This document shows positions 7,106-15,765 of a stretch of 33,851 nucleotides of DNA, one piece after another. Below the pieces are notes generated by a model. The model saw nothing but the letters and a program-made list of their open reading frames with translations, was not told where the DNA came from and ran no database searches. The translations under genes and the position numbers were made by a program. Position 1 is the stretch's first letter. Every line of letters begins with the position of its first letter. The DNA is from a virus (taxonomy: Duplodnaviria > Caudoviricetes): the IMG/VR virus record IMGVR_UViG_3300023283_000166, positions 1 to 33,851 of that record, one strand, 5' to 3'.

Positions 7106-7550
7106 GACGTGCTCCAAGTGCAAAAAGGAAAAGCCGGTGTCGGCTTTTCACCGTGACGGACGTAAGCCCGGCGGGCTGAGGTACGACTGCAAGTCTTGCC
7201 GGGCTTACGTCTATCGCGCTCGCCGCGCCGACAACCGGAATGGCTTGCTACAACGCGAAATGCTGCGCGGAGCCCGCCGGCGGGCGATGGCGTCAGGCGT
7301 GCCGTGCACTATCACGGCGCGGGACATAGTGATACCAGACAGATGCCCTATTTTGGATATACCGCTATCTGCCGCCGGGGAAGGGCATTCAACCTACAAC
7401 TCGCCTACGCTGGACTGCATGGTTCCGGACAAAGGATACGTGCCCGGAAACGTAGTGGTCTTGTCCGACCGCGCAAACAGAATCAAATCGGACGCGACTT
7501 CTTCGGAAGTCGGCAAGGTGTTCGCATGGATGAAAAGAAAAGGACTATGA
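7095..7550 (+). CDS. Zinc-finger plus HNH-like (His-Me finger) endonuclease
   Basis: CSKC..CKSC, CPIL and SPTLD..PDKGYVPGNV..LSDRANRIKSD. Confidence 0.75.
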   Translation: MSYKTCSKCKKEKPVSAFHRDGRKPGGLRYDCKSCRAYVYRARRADNRNGLLQREMLRGARRRAMASGVPCTITARDIVIPDRCPILDIPLSAAGEGHSTYNSPTLDCMVPDKGYVPGNVVVLSDRANRIKSDATSSEVGKVFAWMKRKGL

Positions 7551-8071
7551 GAAATCTAAAAAAAGCCTACAAGGACACGTGGGATATAAGCTCCCGCAAG
7601 GAAGACGTATTCCGGCGCGCCGTAGGGGCCAATGTTGTTCTCGTCCCAACCGGGTTCGGGGCCGGGTCGTCCGAGTATCTGCGGGGGTCGTCGGCGGACC
7701 ACGGCCACGAGCGATCCGCCCCGGATTTTGTGGTAGACGGAACCAACATATTCGTCGAGGTAACGGGTCCGCTCAAGACGATGTCCGACGACCGAATTCG
7801 CCGGGGCGGCCTCTGGGTGACGGTGGCTAAAACCGAATACGCCCGCAGGCACCCCGATAAGAAATGCTGGATCGCGTGGATGAACGGGGTTGGCGTCGGG
7901 GGGTGTAGAATGATACGTCTGGGCGATGCGTTTGAGCGGGCCGTGGCGGCTGGGGAGATAAAGCGCCGCGAAGTTCGTTTGCGCGGGCCGGCGGAACGGT
8001 TTATGGTGGTTCCGGCGAGTCACGAATGCGTCGTTAATCTTGATGTGTTCATAGACGAAATCACAAAGTAA
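7547..8071 (+). CDS. Putative PD-(D/E)XK-fold nuclease
   Basis: ATGA overlap fixes the start at 7547; PDFVV..IFVEVTG motif. Confidence 0.6.
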   Translation: MRNLKKAYKDTWDISSRKEDVFRRAVGANVVLVPTGFGAGSSEYLRGSSADHGHERSAPDFVVDGTNIFVEVTGPLKTMSDDRIRRGGLWVTVAKTEYARRHPDKKCWIAWMNGVGVGGCRMIRLGDAFERAVAAGEIKRREVRLRGPAERFMVVPASHECVVNLDVFIDEITK

Positions 8072-8421
8072 TGAAGACATCGAGCGCAAAAGCCAAGGGC
8101 CGGCGGCTCCAGAAATGGGTGGCTGACCGCCTCGGCGAGGCCCTGAAAGACGAAATAGAGGCAGGCGATGTACAGCCTGCCGTCATGGGGCAGGGGGGGC
8201 GCGATATAAAGCTATCCCCTGCGGGCGAGGCGGCTTGTCCGCTCGACGTCGAATGTAAAAACCGGGAGCGGCTCAACATATGGGCCGCCTTGGAACAGGC
8301 CGAAGCTAACGCCGCCGCCGGGCGCATACCTGCCGTGGTTTTCAAGCGCAATCGAAGTGAAACGTATATCGCTCTCGCGTTCGGCGATTTTCTCAAGCTA
8401 TGGCGCGGGCGGCCCGATTAG
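8071..8421 (+). CDS. Hjc-like Holliday junction resolvase
   Basis: SAKAKGRRLQ, GRDI, VECKNRERLNI and PAVVFKRNR. Confidence 0.85.
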   Translation: MKTSSAKAKGRRLQKWVADRLGEALKDEIEAGDVQPAVMGQGGRDIKLSPAGEAACPLDVECKNRERLNIWAALEQAEANAAAGRIPAVVFKRNRSETYIALAFGDFLKLWRGRPD

Positions 8422-8425
8422 CGAC

Positions 8426-9901
8426 ATGCAAAACTCACAGCAAGTCCGTTTTTGCAAGGCCCTGCCCGACGCCGGGGCCTTCGCGCCGATAAGCGCGTCC
8501 GTTTTCGAGACGCTGGGGGGCGTCGGAAAGCCCTACGCCGCCCTGACTTGGTCCCGACTTCGCGCCGGAGAGGTCGGCGGCACGAAGGATCACATCTACA
8601 CATCCACGACCGGGCGCGAAATTGTAATAGCGCCCGGCGAAACGTGGTGCTCTATCACCACGATAAAGGACGACATACAGGCCGCCACCGGGGCGGCGGT
8701 TCGGCGGCATCACGTCAAATACGCGGTACGAAAATTGATGGATGAGGGGCTGATTGTAGCCGACCGACTTGCGGCCCCCGACACGAACGGGCGGTACGGC
8801 AAAATTTTCACATTAACCAAGGCCCGGCCCGGGGGCGATAAAATGGACGTGATCAAGGAGTACCGCGTATTTGCGTACGGCGACGCTGCGGCGTTTAGGC
8901 TGGGCAGCGTGGCGACCATTGATCCCAAAACGGGCAAATTTAGCCATTCTCCCCCCAATAACTCGGAGCAATGGGCCGCGTGGATTGCCGAAAACGGCGC
9001 CGAGGGGGCGGCATTTACGTCGATAGGCCGATGGCGCAACGAATCCGAGGTCCGCAAGCCCGCCGCGCCGGTTTTCGTCCCGTGGCTCGTGCTGGACATC
9101 GACCGCCCGCACAACCTGCCGGGCGCGTGGGACGATACTAACACGATACTTTCGCATCTAGAGGATCGCGGTGTCGATCTGGGGCGCGTTTTCGTATCAT
9201 TTTCGGGGTCCAAGGGGTTTCACGTTGCTATAGCCATGTCTCAACTTGGTAACCCTATTTTTCGTGACGCACAGGCCGCGCTCGAAATCCTGTCCGCATT
9301 CGTAGACGGGCTGACGGACGTTGCGACCGATCCGCATACCATATCGCCCTTAAACCTGGTTAGGTTGACCGGATCGCAGCATGAAGAGACACAGTGGTAC
9401 AAACGCACATGGTCGGCGTCGCGCTTTCGGCAACTGCCCCTACACGCCGCGCTATCGGATCTAGGGCGGCACCGCCCCTTTTCCTATCCCGACCCGACGG
9501 CGGGCGAAGCCGAGGAAGACATGAGGGCGATTTTCGAGGCCGAAGCGCGTAAGAACGCCGCGAAGCGAAGCCGCCGCGCCGCCCGGCGCGGCGCAAAGAC
9601 GAACAACCGGATCGGCGACGCGATAGAAAATATACTGGGGGGCGTAGAGGAAGGCGAGATGTGGAGCGACACCCGCGCCGGGCGGGACTGGGCGGCATAC
9701 ACTTTAGCGTGTTTCATCATGGAGCACGACGGACAACACGAATCTGTGAGGGAGCGGCTCGGTCTGCCAAAACCCGGCACGGTTCTTGATACAATGAACT
9801 ATTGGAATGACAATCTGTGCTACCCGCCGCTGCGGGGGCGGCAATTGTCATCCAAAATCGCATCAGCCAAACGAACACTCAAAAAGAAAGGAAAGCTATG
9901 A
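8426..9901 (+). CDS. AEP primase-polymerase with N-terminal wHTH-like and C-terminal PriCT-like domains
   Basis: VLDID (motif I), SGSKGFH (II), D..RLTGS.H (III region); C-terminal GRD..WN..PPL; start set at ATG 8426. Confidence 0.85.
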   Translation: MQNSQQVRFCKALPDAGAFAPISASVFETLGGVGKPYAALTWSRLRAGEVGGTKDHIYTSTTGREIVIAPGETWCSITTIKDDIQAATGAAVRRHHVKYAVRKLMDEGLIVADRLAAPDTNGRYGKIFTLTKARPGGDKMDVIKEYRVFAYGDAAAFRLGSVATIDPKTGKFSHSPPNNSEQWAAWIAENGAEGAAFTSIGRWRNESEVRKPAAPVFVPWLVLDIDRPHNLPGAWDDTNTILSHLEDRGVDLGRVFVSFSGSKGFHVAIAMSQLGNPIFRDAQAALEILSAFVDGLTDVATDPHTISPLNLVRLTGSQHEETQWYKRTWSASRFRQLPLHAALSDLGRHRPFSYPDPTAGEAEEDMRAIFEAEARKNAAKRSRRAARRGAKTNNRIGDAIENILGGVEEGEMWSDTRAGRDWAAYTLACFIMEHDGQHESVRERLGLPKPGTVLDTMNYWNDNLCYPPLRGRQLSSKIASAKRTLKKKGKL

Positions 9902-10428
9902 CAGACTTTGAAAAAGAGCGCCGGAAGGCGCGCATCGCGCTTGGGCGCCGCTTCGGGCGGCATATTGTCAAATCCGGCGGCGATGGCCCCCCTGACGCCT
10001 ATATGCAGTGCGACTGGCTTGATGATCCCTTGCCTGTTGTTTTAAAGTGCAGGCGCAACGCGCTCGAAAATCTGCGCATACACGGAAGCGTGATGATCAA
10101 GGCGCGCACGGTGCGCGAAGCGATGGACCCCTTCGGCTGGGCCTTAGTCGCCGTGTGGGACATCAGGGAGCAGAAGCTAATAACGTGGGTGATGGGGCGG
10201 ACGCGGACGGAGCGGCGCGACAAAGACGGTAGCCGAACTCAGCGGTTTGTGATAAACCGGGGCGTGCCGGAGATGACCCGGTTTACGCCGGACTGGGTAG
10301 ATGTGGAACTTAAATGGATGAAAACGCGGAAGAGTCAGGACAATTCCGCGCTCGTGTTGCGACACATGATGTTGTTGCCGGAATCCGCCGCGTCAATTGA
10401 GGGGGCGACTCATGACACTGTCGGATAA
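9898..10428 (+). CDS. Hypothetical protein, 176 aa (possibly degenerate PD-(D/E)XK)
   Basis: ATGA overlap with the primase stop; PDAY..VVLKCR. Confidence 0.65.
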   Translation: MTDFEKERRKARIALGRRFGRHIVKSGGDGPPDAYMQCDWLDDPLPVVLKCRRNALENLRIHGSVMIKARTVREAMDPFGWALVAVWDIREQKLITWVMGRTRTERRDKDGSRTQRFVINRGVPEMTRFTPDWVDVELKWMKTRKSQDNSALVLRHMMLLPESAASIEGATHDTVG

Positions 10429-10840
10429 AATAGAGGACGCTATCCGGGCCTTCAACGGGCGACAAAACGCAACGCGCCGGCGCCCGCTCGGGCCGTTGGA
10501 GCGAACTGTTTTGCGAACGCTTATCCGCGACGGCGTCGCGGAATATGTCCATGATACGCTGCGGGACGAGGTCGAGGCGGCCCTTATGACTGAAAGGGAG
10601 TACAACAGAGACCACGAGATTGATATGGCGTATAAGGTTATTATGGTGCTTCTGAGCCGGTTTGCGCCTGCCGCCACGTGTGTAGTGGATACTGCCGACG
10701 TGCGCGCCATAGACGACTTTGCTCTACAGATAGAGCGCCTAGATGACGCTTATAAGATACACCTCGTGCGACAAAGAGAGGGAGATCGTGCCGGCCTTAA
10801 TCAGGCCCCTATAGATGTAACCCAACCACCCAAGCCATGA
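10412..10840 (+). CDS. Hypothetical protein, 142 aa
   Basis: GAGG SD before ATG 10412; ATGA overlap with the next gene. Confidence 0.7.
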   Translation: MTLSDKIEDAIRAFNGRQNATRRRPLGPLERTVLRTLIRDGVAEYVHDTLRDEVEAALMTEREYNRDHEIDMAYKVIMVLLSRFAPAATCVVDTADVRAIDDFALQIERLDDAYKIHLVRQREGDRAGLNQAPIDVTQPPKP

Positions 10841-11202
10841 ATATAGCCCGAAGCTTGATCGCGGCGGTCCTATTTATGACAGCCGTGTCGTGCGGGCCTA
10901 CGACGCGACTGTGTCCAACACAGGAGTTACGCCTAATGGTGGTGATGCACCACAACACGCTTGGCGTGACGGTAATTTATTATACGCGCCCGGCGACCGG
11001 CACGATCTTTGTTGAGGTTAGACAGGTTGGGTTCTTTATGTACGCCATAGAGGAAGAGCCCGACAGGTCGTGTCGCCGTTTCTCGGCGTCCGGCCAAGAG
11101 GAAATTCTGGGCTTTTCAGAATGCAGGCAGGAATTGAAGAAGCTAAAGTCTCTATTTGAATCGGACGAATCGCGGAACGAGGAAGATCACAATAGGAGCT
11201 AG
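10837..11202 (+). CDS. Putative lipoprotein
   Basis: Signal peptide MNIARSLIAAVLFMTAVS-C ending in a lipobox-like cysteine. Confidence 0.6.
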   Translation: MNIARSLIAAVLFMTAVSCGPTTRLCPTQELRLMVVMHHNTLGVTVIYYTRPATGTIFVEVRQVGFFMYAIEEEPDRSCRRFSASGQEEILGFSECRQELKKLKSLFESDESRNEEDHNRS

Positions 11203-11204
11203 AT

Positions 11205-11558
11205 ATGATCAAATCCGACAGAGGCCCCAAAAGGCCGCCGTACCGTATCGTCCCAGAGGATCCGGGCGACGGGGAACTCGTCGTTGACGATGATACCTTA
11301 CTCGGTATCAGTTTCCATCCTCGTACTCGGAAACACAACGCGCTCCTGCTAGAGCGCGAAGACGGGAACGGATACTACCTCGTCGTAGGATTCGGAAGCG
11401 AGGAAGTGGAGCTATACGCCGCCCGAGACATGGTCCCGACGGTCGTAGAGACGATAAGCCAATACCGCACAAGAATTGCGAGAAGCCCCGTGGACGCGCT
11501 GAAGCCCGCAGGCTATCGCATCCGCAAGGGAGCAGCCGGACCGCCGCCAAAATGGTAG
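11205..11558 (+). CDS. Hypothetical protein, 117 aa
   Basis: AGGAG SD; overlaps the polB start. Confidence 0.7.
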   Translation: MIKSDRGPKRPPYRIVPEDPGDGELVVDDDTLLGISFHPRTRKHNALLLEREDGNGYYLVVGFGSEEVELYAARDMVPTVVETISQYRTRIARSPVDALKPAGYRIRKGAAGPPPKW

Positions 11559-13894
11559 ACTGCCCCCTCTACGGAAAGGACGATACCCACGGCATCGTCG
11601 GCGTGGTAGAGCACGACGACGAGCGGGTACGTGTCTATATCCGAGACGGAGAAAATGTATCCGAGCACCTAGAGTATGTTTATCCTGTAATATTTACGAC
11701 GGATTCAGGATTAGAACTCGCTAGAGCGGAGATCCCGGCGGCGCGGGCAAACGTGGTATCCCTGAACGGCACGAACGAATATCGAAACCTGTTGGTTTTT
11801 AACAGCATTGGTACGTTCCGCCGCGCCCGGCGAATGTTTTACCGGCAAGGCGCGGCGCGTGAGTTTTTTGCATACGCATCGGTCGCAGACCAATATCTGA
11901 TGCAGACGGGGCGGACCATGTTCAAGGGGATGGCGCCCAACTCGATACGTCGTATGCAACTCGACATCGAAGCATACGCACCCGGCAGGTTTCCGCAGCC
12001 GGACCGCGATCCTGTCATTATCATTTCGCTGATGGACAACGCCGGGTGGAAGCGGGTGCTTTTTATTCCGCCGCCGGGCGGTCGTATTAACGACGGCCCG
12101 GCGCACTGGGAGCGGTGCGAGGACGAGCGGGACATGTTGGAGCGACTCGTCAAATATATCCATCGCCGCGATCCGGATGTGATCGAAGGACACAACATCT
12201 TTTCCTTCGACTTACCATATCTGCAAGCTCGTGCCGAGGCGCACGAAGTCAACTTTGCAATCGGGCGAGACAACAAAGCGCCGCGCACATACAAATCCGA
12301 AAAGAAATTCGCCGAGCGCGATGTAGAATACACAAACTTCCTTGTCGGCGGGCGAAGCGTCATAGATACGATGTTTCTCGCCATCGACTGGGATGTATAT
12401 AAACGTTCTCTGCCCGGATACGGGCTTAAGGACATAGCGCGGCATATCGGCGCGGCGACAGACGACCGAACATATATCGCAGGCGACGACATCGCCGGCG
12501 TCTGGGAAACGCACCCGGAGAAGCTGCTAGATTATGCCCTTGATGACGTAATAGAAACGAAAGCACTTTCAGACCGTTTCGGGGCGTCCGTATTTTATCT
12601 GACCCAAATGATGCCGATCCGGTATCAGCAGGTACACTTGCGAGGGAAAGCATACGTGATTCAATCGCTGTTCGTGCGCGAATACCTTCGCAAAAGAACG
12701 GCGCTACCTCTCCCCGAGGATGCCGCACAAAAGCACGGCGGATATACTGACATATTTCAAAGGGGAATCTTCGACGATCTGCTTTATGCTGACGTGTCGA
12801 GCCTGTATCCGTCCATCATGTTACAGTATAACGTGGAGCCGCCGAAGGACGAGCTAAGAGTGTTCAGGTACCTTTTGGAGCGGCTCACCGAACTTCGTCT
12901 TGACACCAAGGCCGAGATGAAGACGTGTGGACCCGACCGGAAAGAGGAACTGGATGCCAGGCAGAGCGCCTACAAAATCATAATCAACTCGTTCTACGGC
13001 GGGCTGGGTGCCGGGAGTAAATGGCTATTTTCGTGCGTCGAGGAAGCCGATAGGGTGGCGAAAACGGGGCAGGCTCTTTTGAAGCGTATGATTCAGCTTG
13101 TAGAATTGGCGGGCGGGGATGTAGTGGAGTGCGACACCGACGGAGTGATATTTGTGGCGCCCGAAGGCATAGACGCTGCCGGACCCGAAGGAGCCGCGTT
13201 CGTGCGCGATATTAGTCAGCGAATGCCAGAAGGGATCAACGTCGATCTGGAAGGGTACTTCCCGCGAATGCTATCACTCAAGAAGAAGAACTATGCACTC
13301 ATGGATACAAGCGGCAACATCACGATAAAGGGATCGGCGCTGAAATCCCGTGGTATCGAGCCGTTTTTGATAAGCTACATGAGCGACGTAATCGCCGCGC
13401 TAATGGACCGCGATATTCGGCGCGTGGGCGAGATACACGAGGCGGCCAAGCGCGGCGTGGTCCTGCAAACATACCGCCCGCAGGAATTGGCTAAGACGGC
13501 GACATTAAAGGTGTCTATCGAAGAGTACAAGCGCAAGGTTGCCGATGGCGGCAACCGGGCCGCGCAGTACGAGATAGCTGTCAGGATGCGCGATCTGGGG
13601 CACGACATCGGTAAAGGATCTCGTATATCGTGGATCATAGCGGGCGAAAGGTCGCCTAGCCGCGTTCGGGCCTACGTTGACGGCGTCCCGCTACAGCTTT
13701 TCGAGCGGGGCACCGCGAACGTCGCATACTATTTGAGGCGAATACAGGATACCGCCGGGCGGTTCGCCGCGTTTTTCGACGCGGCGGATTTCAACATAGT
13801 GTTCGACAAGACGCCCCCGAAATTCACGGCGGACATGTTCGGACACGAGAGGAATCTACGACATATCACCACAAAAAACACGAGGTTAAGATGA
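11552..13894 (+). CDS. polB: Family B DNA polymerase with proofreading exonuclease
   Basis: ExoI DIE, ExoII HNIFSFD, ExoIII YALDD; Pol A DVSSLYPS, B KIIINSFYG, C DTDG, and KKNY. Confidence 0.96.
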   Translation: MVDCPLYGKDDTHGIVGVVEHDDERVRVYIRDGENVSEHLEYVYPVIFTTDSGLELARAEIPAARANVVSLNGTNEYRNLLVFNSIGTFRRARRMFYRQGAAREFFAYASVADQYLMQTGRTMFKGMAPNSIRRMQLDIEAYAPGRFPQPDRDPVIIISLMDNAGWKRVLFIPPPGGRINDGPAHWERCEDERDMLERLVKYIHRRDPDVIEGHNIFSFDLPYLQARAEAHEVNFAIGRDNKAPRTYKSEKKFAERDVEYTNFLVGGRSVIDTMFLAIDWDVYKRSLPGYGLKDIARHIGAATDDRTYIAGDDIAGVWETHPEKLLDYALDDVIETKALSDRFGASVFYLTQMMPIRYQQVHLRGKAYVIQSLFVREYLRKRTALPLPEDAAQKHGGYTDIFQRGIFDDLLYADVSSLYPSIMLQYNVEPPKDELRVFRYLLERLTELRLDTKAEMKTCGPDRKEELDARQSAYKIIINSFYGGLGAGSKWLFSCVEEADRVAKTGQALLKRMIQLVELAGGDVVECDTDGVIFVAPEGIDAAGPEGAAFVRDISQRMPEGINVDLEGYFPRMLSLKKKNYALMDTSGNITIKGSALKSRGIEPFLISYMSDVIAALMDRDIRRVGEIHEAAKRGVVLQTYRPQELAKTATLKVSIEEYKRKVADGGNRAAQYEIAVRMRDLGHDIGKGSRISWIIAGERSPSRVRAYVDGVPLQLFERGTANVAYYLRRIQDTAGRFAAFFDAADFNIVFDKTPPKFTADMFGHERNLRHITTKNTRLR

Positions 13895-14907
13895 CGCCCT
13901 CATTCATGGACAACGTTTCGCACCACCTCGTTGACATCGTCAACGTGATGGACGCGACCGAAGATGACGATCTGGGCATATACGACCTGAAAACAAACAC
14001 CGTAATATCACCCGACGAGGAAGGAATCAGGGCGGCGGCGAGCAGCCCGTTCCTGTTCGACGTCATCCGCCTGCGGGGCGGCTCCGGCTTGCGTACAGGA
14101 ACCCTGTCGGCGCGTGTGATTGTCAATGATATTCCAGAATTGGGGTCCAGAATACCCGAATGGCGGGTGCTTTACCATCGAGAAACGGCCTATTTGGCCG
14201 GGCCTATGCGAGGGATGCCACTATACAACTTCCCCGCCTTTGAGCGGGCCGGAAACGTATTGCGGGAAGCGCTCGGATTCAATATTATAAGTCCTGCCGA
14301 GATGGGCGACGACGTGGGCCTGAACCCGAACGAACACTATAATAAGGCACTACGGAGCAACTTCATGGCAATTCTGGAAGCGGGGGGCGTGGATCACGTC
14401 TTCCTGCTCCCCGGTTGGCGCCAATCAAAGGGTGCGCGGGCCGAGGCGCTCGTTGCGACTATGGCGGGAATACCGTGCTGGGATCTTGAAACGCTTGAGC
14501 GCGTCGAGGAAGAAGACGCGGTCCCGGATTGGGCCGCGATGGCAGAGCGGGTGGCGGTATGCCCGCCGCCCGACGGGGAAGTCCGCGTGGAATCGAAGAC
14601 GGGGGGGATGAAAGGTAGTAAGCTTGCCAGGTTCGACCTGATGCCGGGAAAAGCGATATGGGAGTTGGCCGAGCACTACGGCAAGGGAGAACGCAAGTAC
14701 CCCGGCGACGAGAACGGCCCCAACTACAAAAAGGGGTACCCGTGGCACCTTTCGTTCTCGGCGGCCATGCGCCACCTATGGGAATTCTGGCTTGGGGAAG
14801 AACGAGATGCGGAAACCGGCAGCAAGCACGTCATCGCCGCCGCGTGGCATTGCCTAGCGCTGGCATATTTTATGGATAATCACCCCGCGTATGACGACCG
14901 GCATTAG
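13891..14907 (+). CDS. DUF4406 (nucleoside deoxyribosyltransferase-like) plus dATP/dGTP diphosphohydrolase (DUF5664-like) fusion
   Basis: YLAGPMRGMPLYNFPAF..LPGWRQSKGARAE, then RFDLMP..G.RKY..NYKKG..AAMRHL..DAETG.KH..AAAW. Confidence 0.8.
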   Translation: MTPSFMDNVSHHLVDIVNVMDATEDDDLGIYDLKTNTVISPDEEGIRAAASSPFLFDVIRLRGGSGLRTGTLSARVIVNDIPELGSRIPEWRVLYHRETAYLAGPMRGMPLYNFPAFERAGNVLREALGFNIISPAEMGDDVGLNPNEHYNKALRSNFMAILEAGGVDHVFLLPGWRQSKGARAEALVATMAGIPCWDLETLERVEEEDAVPDWAAMAERVAVCPPPDGEVRVESKTGGMKGSKLARFDLMPGKAIWELAEHYGKGERKYPGDENGPNYKKGYPWHLSFSAAMRHLWEFWLGEERDAETGSKHVIAAAWHCLALAYFMDNHPAYDDRH

Positions 14908-14919
14908 TCCGCCGCCCAC

Positions 14920-14960
14920 AAAAAAGAAACGCCCCGACCTGGTCGGGGCGTTTCTTTTTT
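14920..14960. terminator. Bidirectional Rho-independent terminator
   Basis: Perfect 20-bp arms AAAAAAGAAACGCCCCGACC-t-GGTCGGGGCGTTTCTTTTTT at the convergence of the two arms. Confidence 0.95.
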
Positions 14961-14965
14961 GTGCT

Positions 14966-15427
14966 CTAGTCGGGGGCGCTTTCCCGAAGGCGCGTTATCT
15001 CGCCGATCTCCTGCATTTCAGTCCGTTTTTCGAGCGTGCGTCCACCGATATAGCCGCCGACGCCGACCGTCATCAGGACAAACAGTTCGGACGGCAAGTC
15101 CAATACGACCGCCTCGAGACCAAAGGCGACCGCGTAGGGGGCCACTATGAAGTTGTTGACGAGGATGGATACTATAGCCAACATTAATATAGGCCGCCAA
15201 TTTCGCTGCATCCACGATTTGCCTTGAATCTCGCCAAGCACGACCCGCGACTGAAGCTCCGCGAGCTTCTGGATATGCTTCATCGCCTCGGAGCGGGCGT
15301 CCAGTTCTATACGCAGCAACTCCTGCTTCAGCCGCTCCTTTTCTTCGCGTGACGTGTGAACGTCGTCGATGACGTCCCGTACCGGGCCGAAGATGCTCCC
15401 AATCGTATTCAGGATTCCTTCAAACAT
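14966..15427 (-). CDS. Holin of the GTA 3TM family
   Basis: IDDVHTSREEK, EIQGKSWMQRNWRP, hydrophobic segments and GGYIGGRTLEK. Confidence 0.8.
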   Translation of the reverse strand: MFEGILNTIGSIFGPVRDVIDDVHTSREEKERLKQELLRIELDARSEAMKHIQKLAELQSRVVLGEIQGKSWMQRNWRPILMLAIVSILVNNFIVAPYAVAFGLEAVVLDLPSELFVLMTVGVGGYIGGRTLEKRTEMQEIGEITRLRESAPD

Positions 15428-15436
15428 GGCGACGCC

Positions 15437-15515
15437 CAACCAGTCTACCCGATCCGAACCAGTCTACCCGGCTCGTGATTTGAACCGATTTACCCGTCTT
15501 GAACCGATTTACCCG
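15437..15515 (+). repeat. Four degenerate copies of the 19-bp repeat core
   Basis: (C/G)AACCAGTCTACCCG at 15437 and 15456; GAACCGATTTACCCG at 15482 and 15501; spacing 19, 26, 19. Confidence 0.85.
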
Positions 15516-15747
15516 CCTCGCCCGATTCCGGTGTTGTCCGCATCGCGGCGTGCCGGCGGCGCAGTTCCGCGTGTTTTAGTTTTATGGTGTATACCCCCGC
15601 TATGACGCCCAATATAGCAGACAGCGTTGCTAGAATGGGATTGATAATCTCTGTAAAATAATCCAGTATCGGCGCCCCGGCGGCGATCAGCGCCACCGAT
15701 TCCCCTATGCGCGTCCTCAAAAGTAATATATTCAACTGTTCCATCAT
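15490..15747 (-). CDS. Small membrane protein (holin/antiholin-like)
   Basis: Hydrophobic helix IINPILATLSAILGVIAGVYTI followed by a basic tail; adjacent to the holin. Confidence 0.6.
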   Translation of the reverse strand: MMEQLNILLLRTRIGESVALIAAGAPILDYFTEIINPILATLSAILGVIAGVYTIKLKHAELRRRHAAMRTTPESGEAGKSVQDG

Positions 15748-15765
15748 TTATAACGTTCTACGTAT

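Noticed and set aside
7196-7546. N-terminal extension of the 291-aa ORF
   Set aside because: It lies inside the HNH gene; the ATGA overlap at 7547 is the better start. Similar trimming was applied at 1741, 2859, 8357 and 9817.
13891-14907. Z-base or 7-deazaguanine DNA modification system
   Set aside because: No PurZ, DatZ, FolE, QueC/D/E or DpdA-like gene was recognised.
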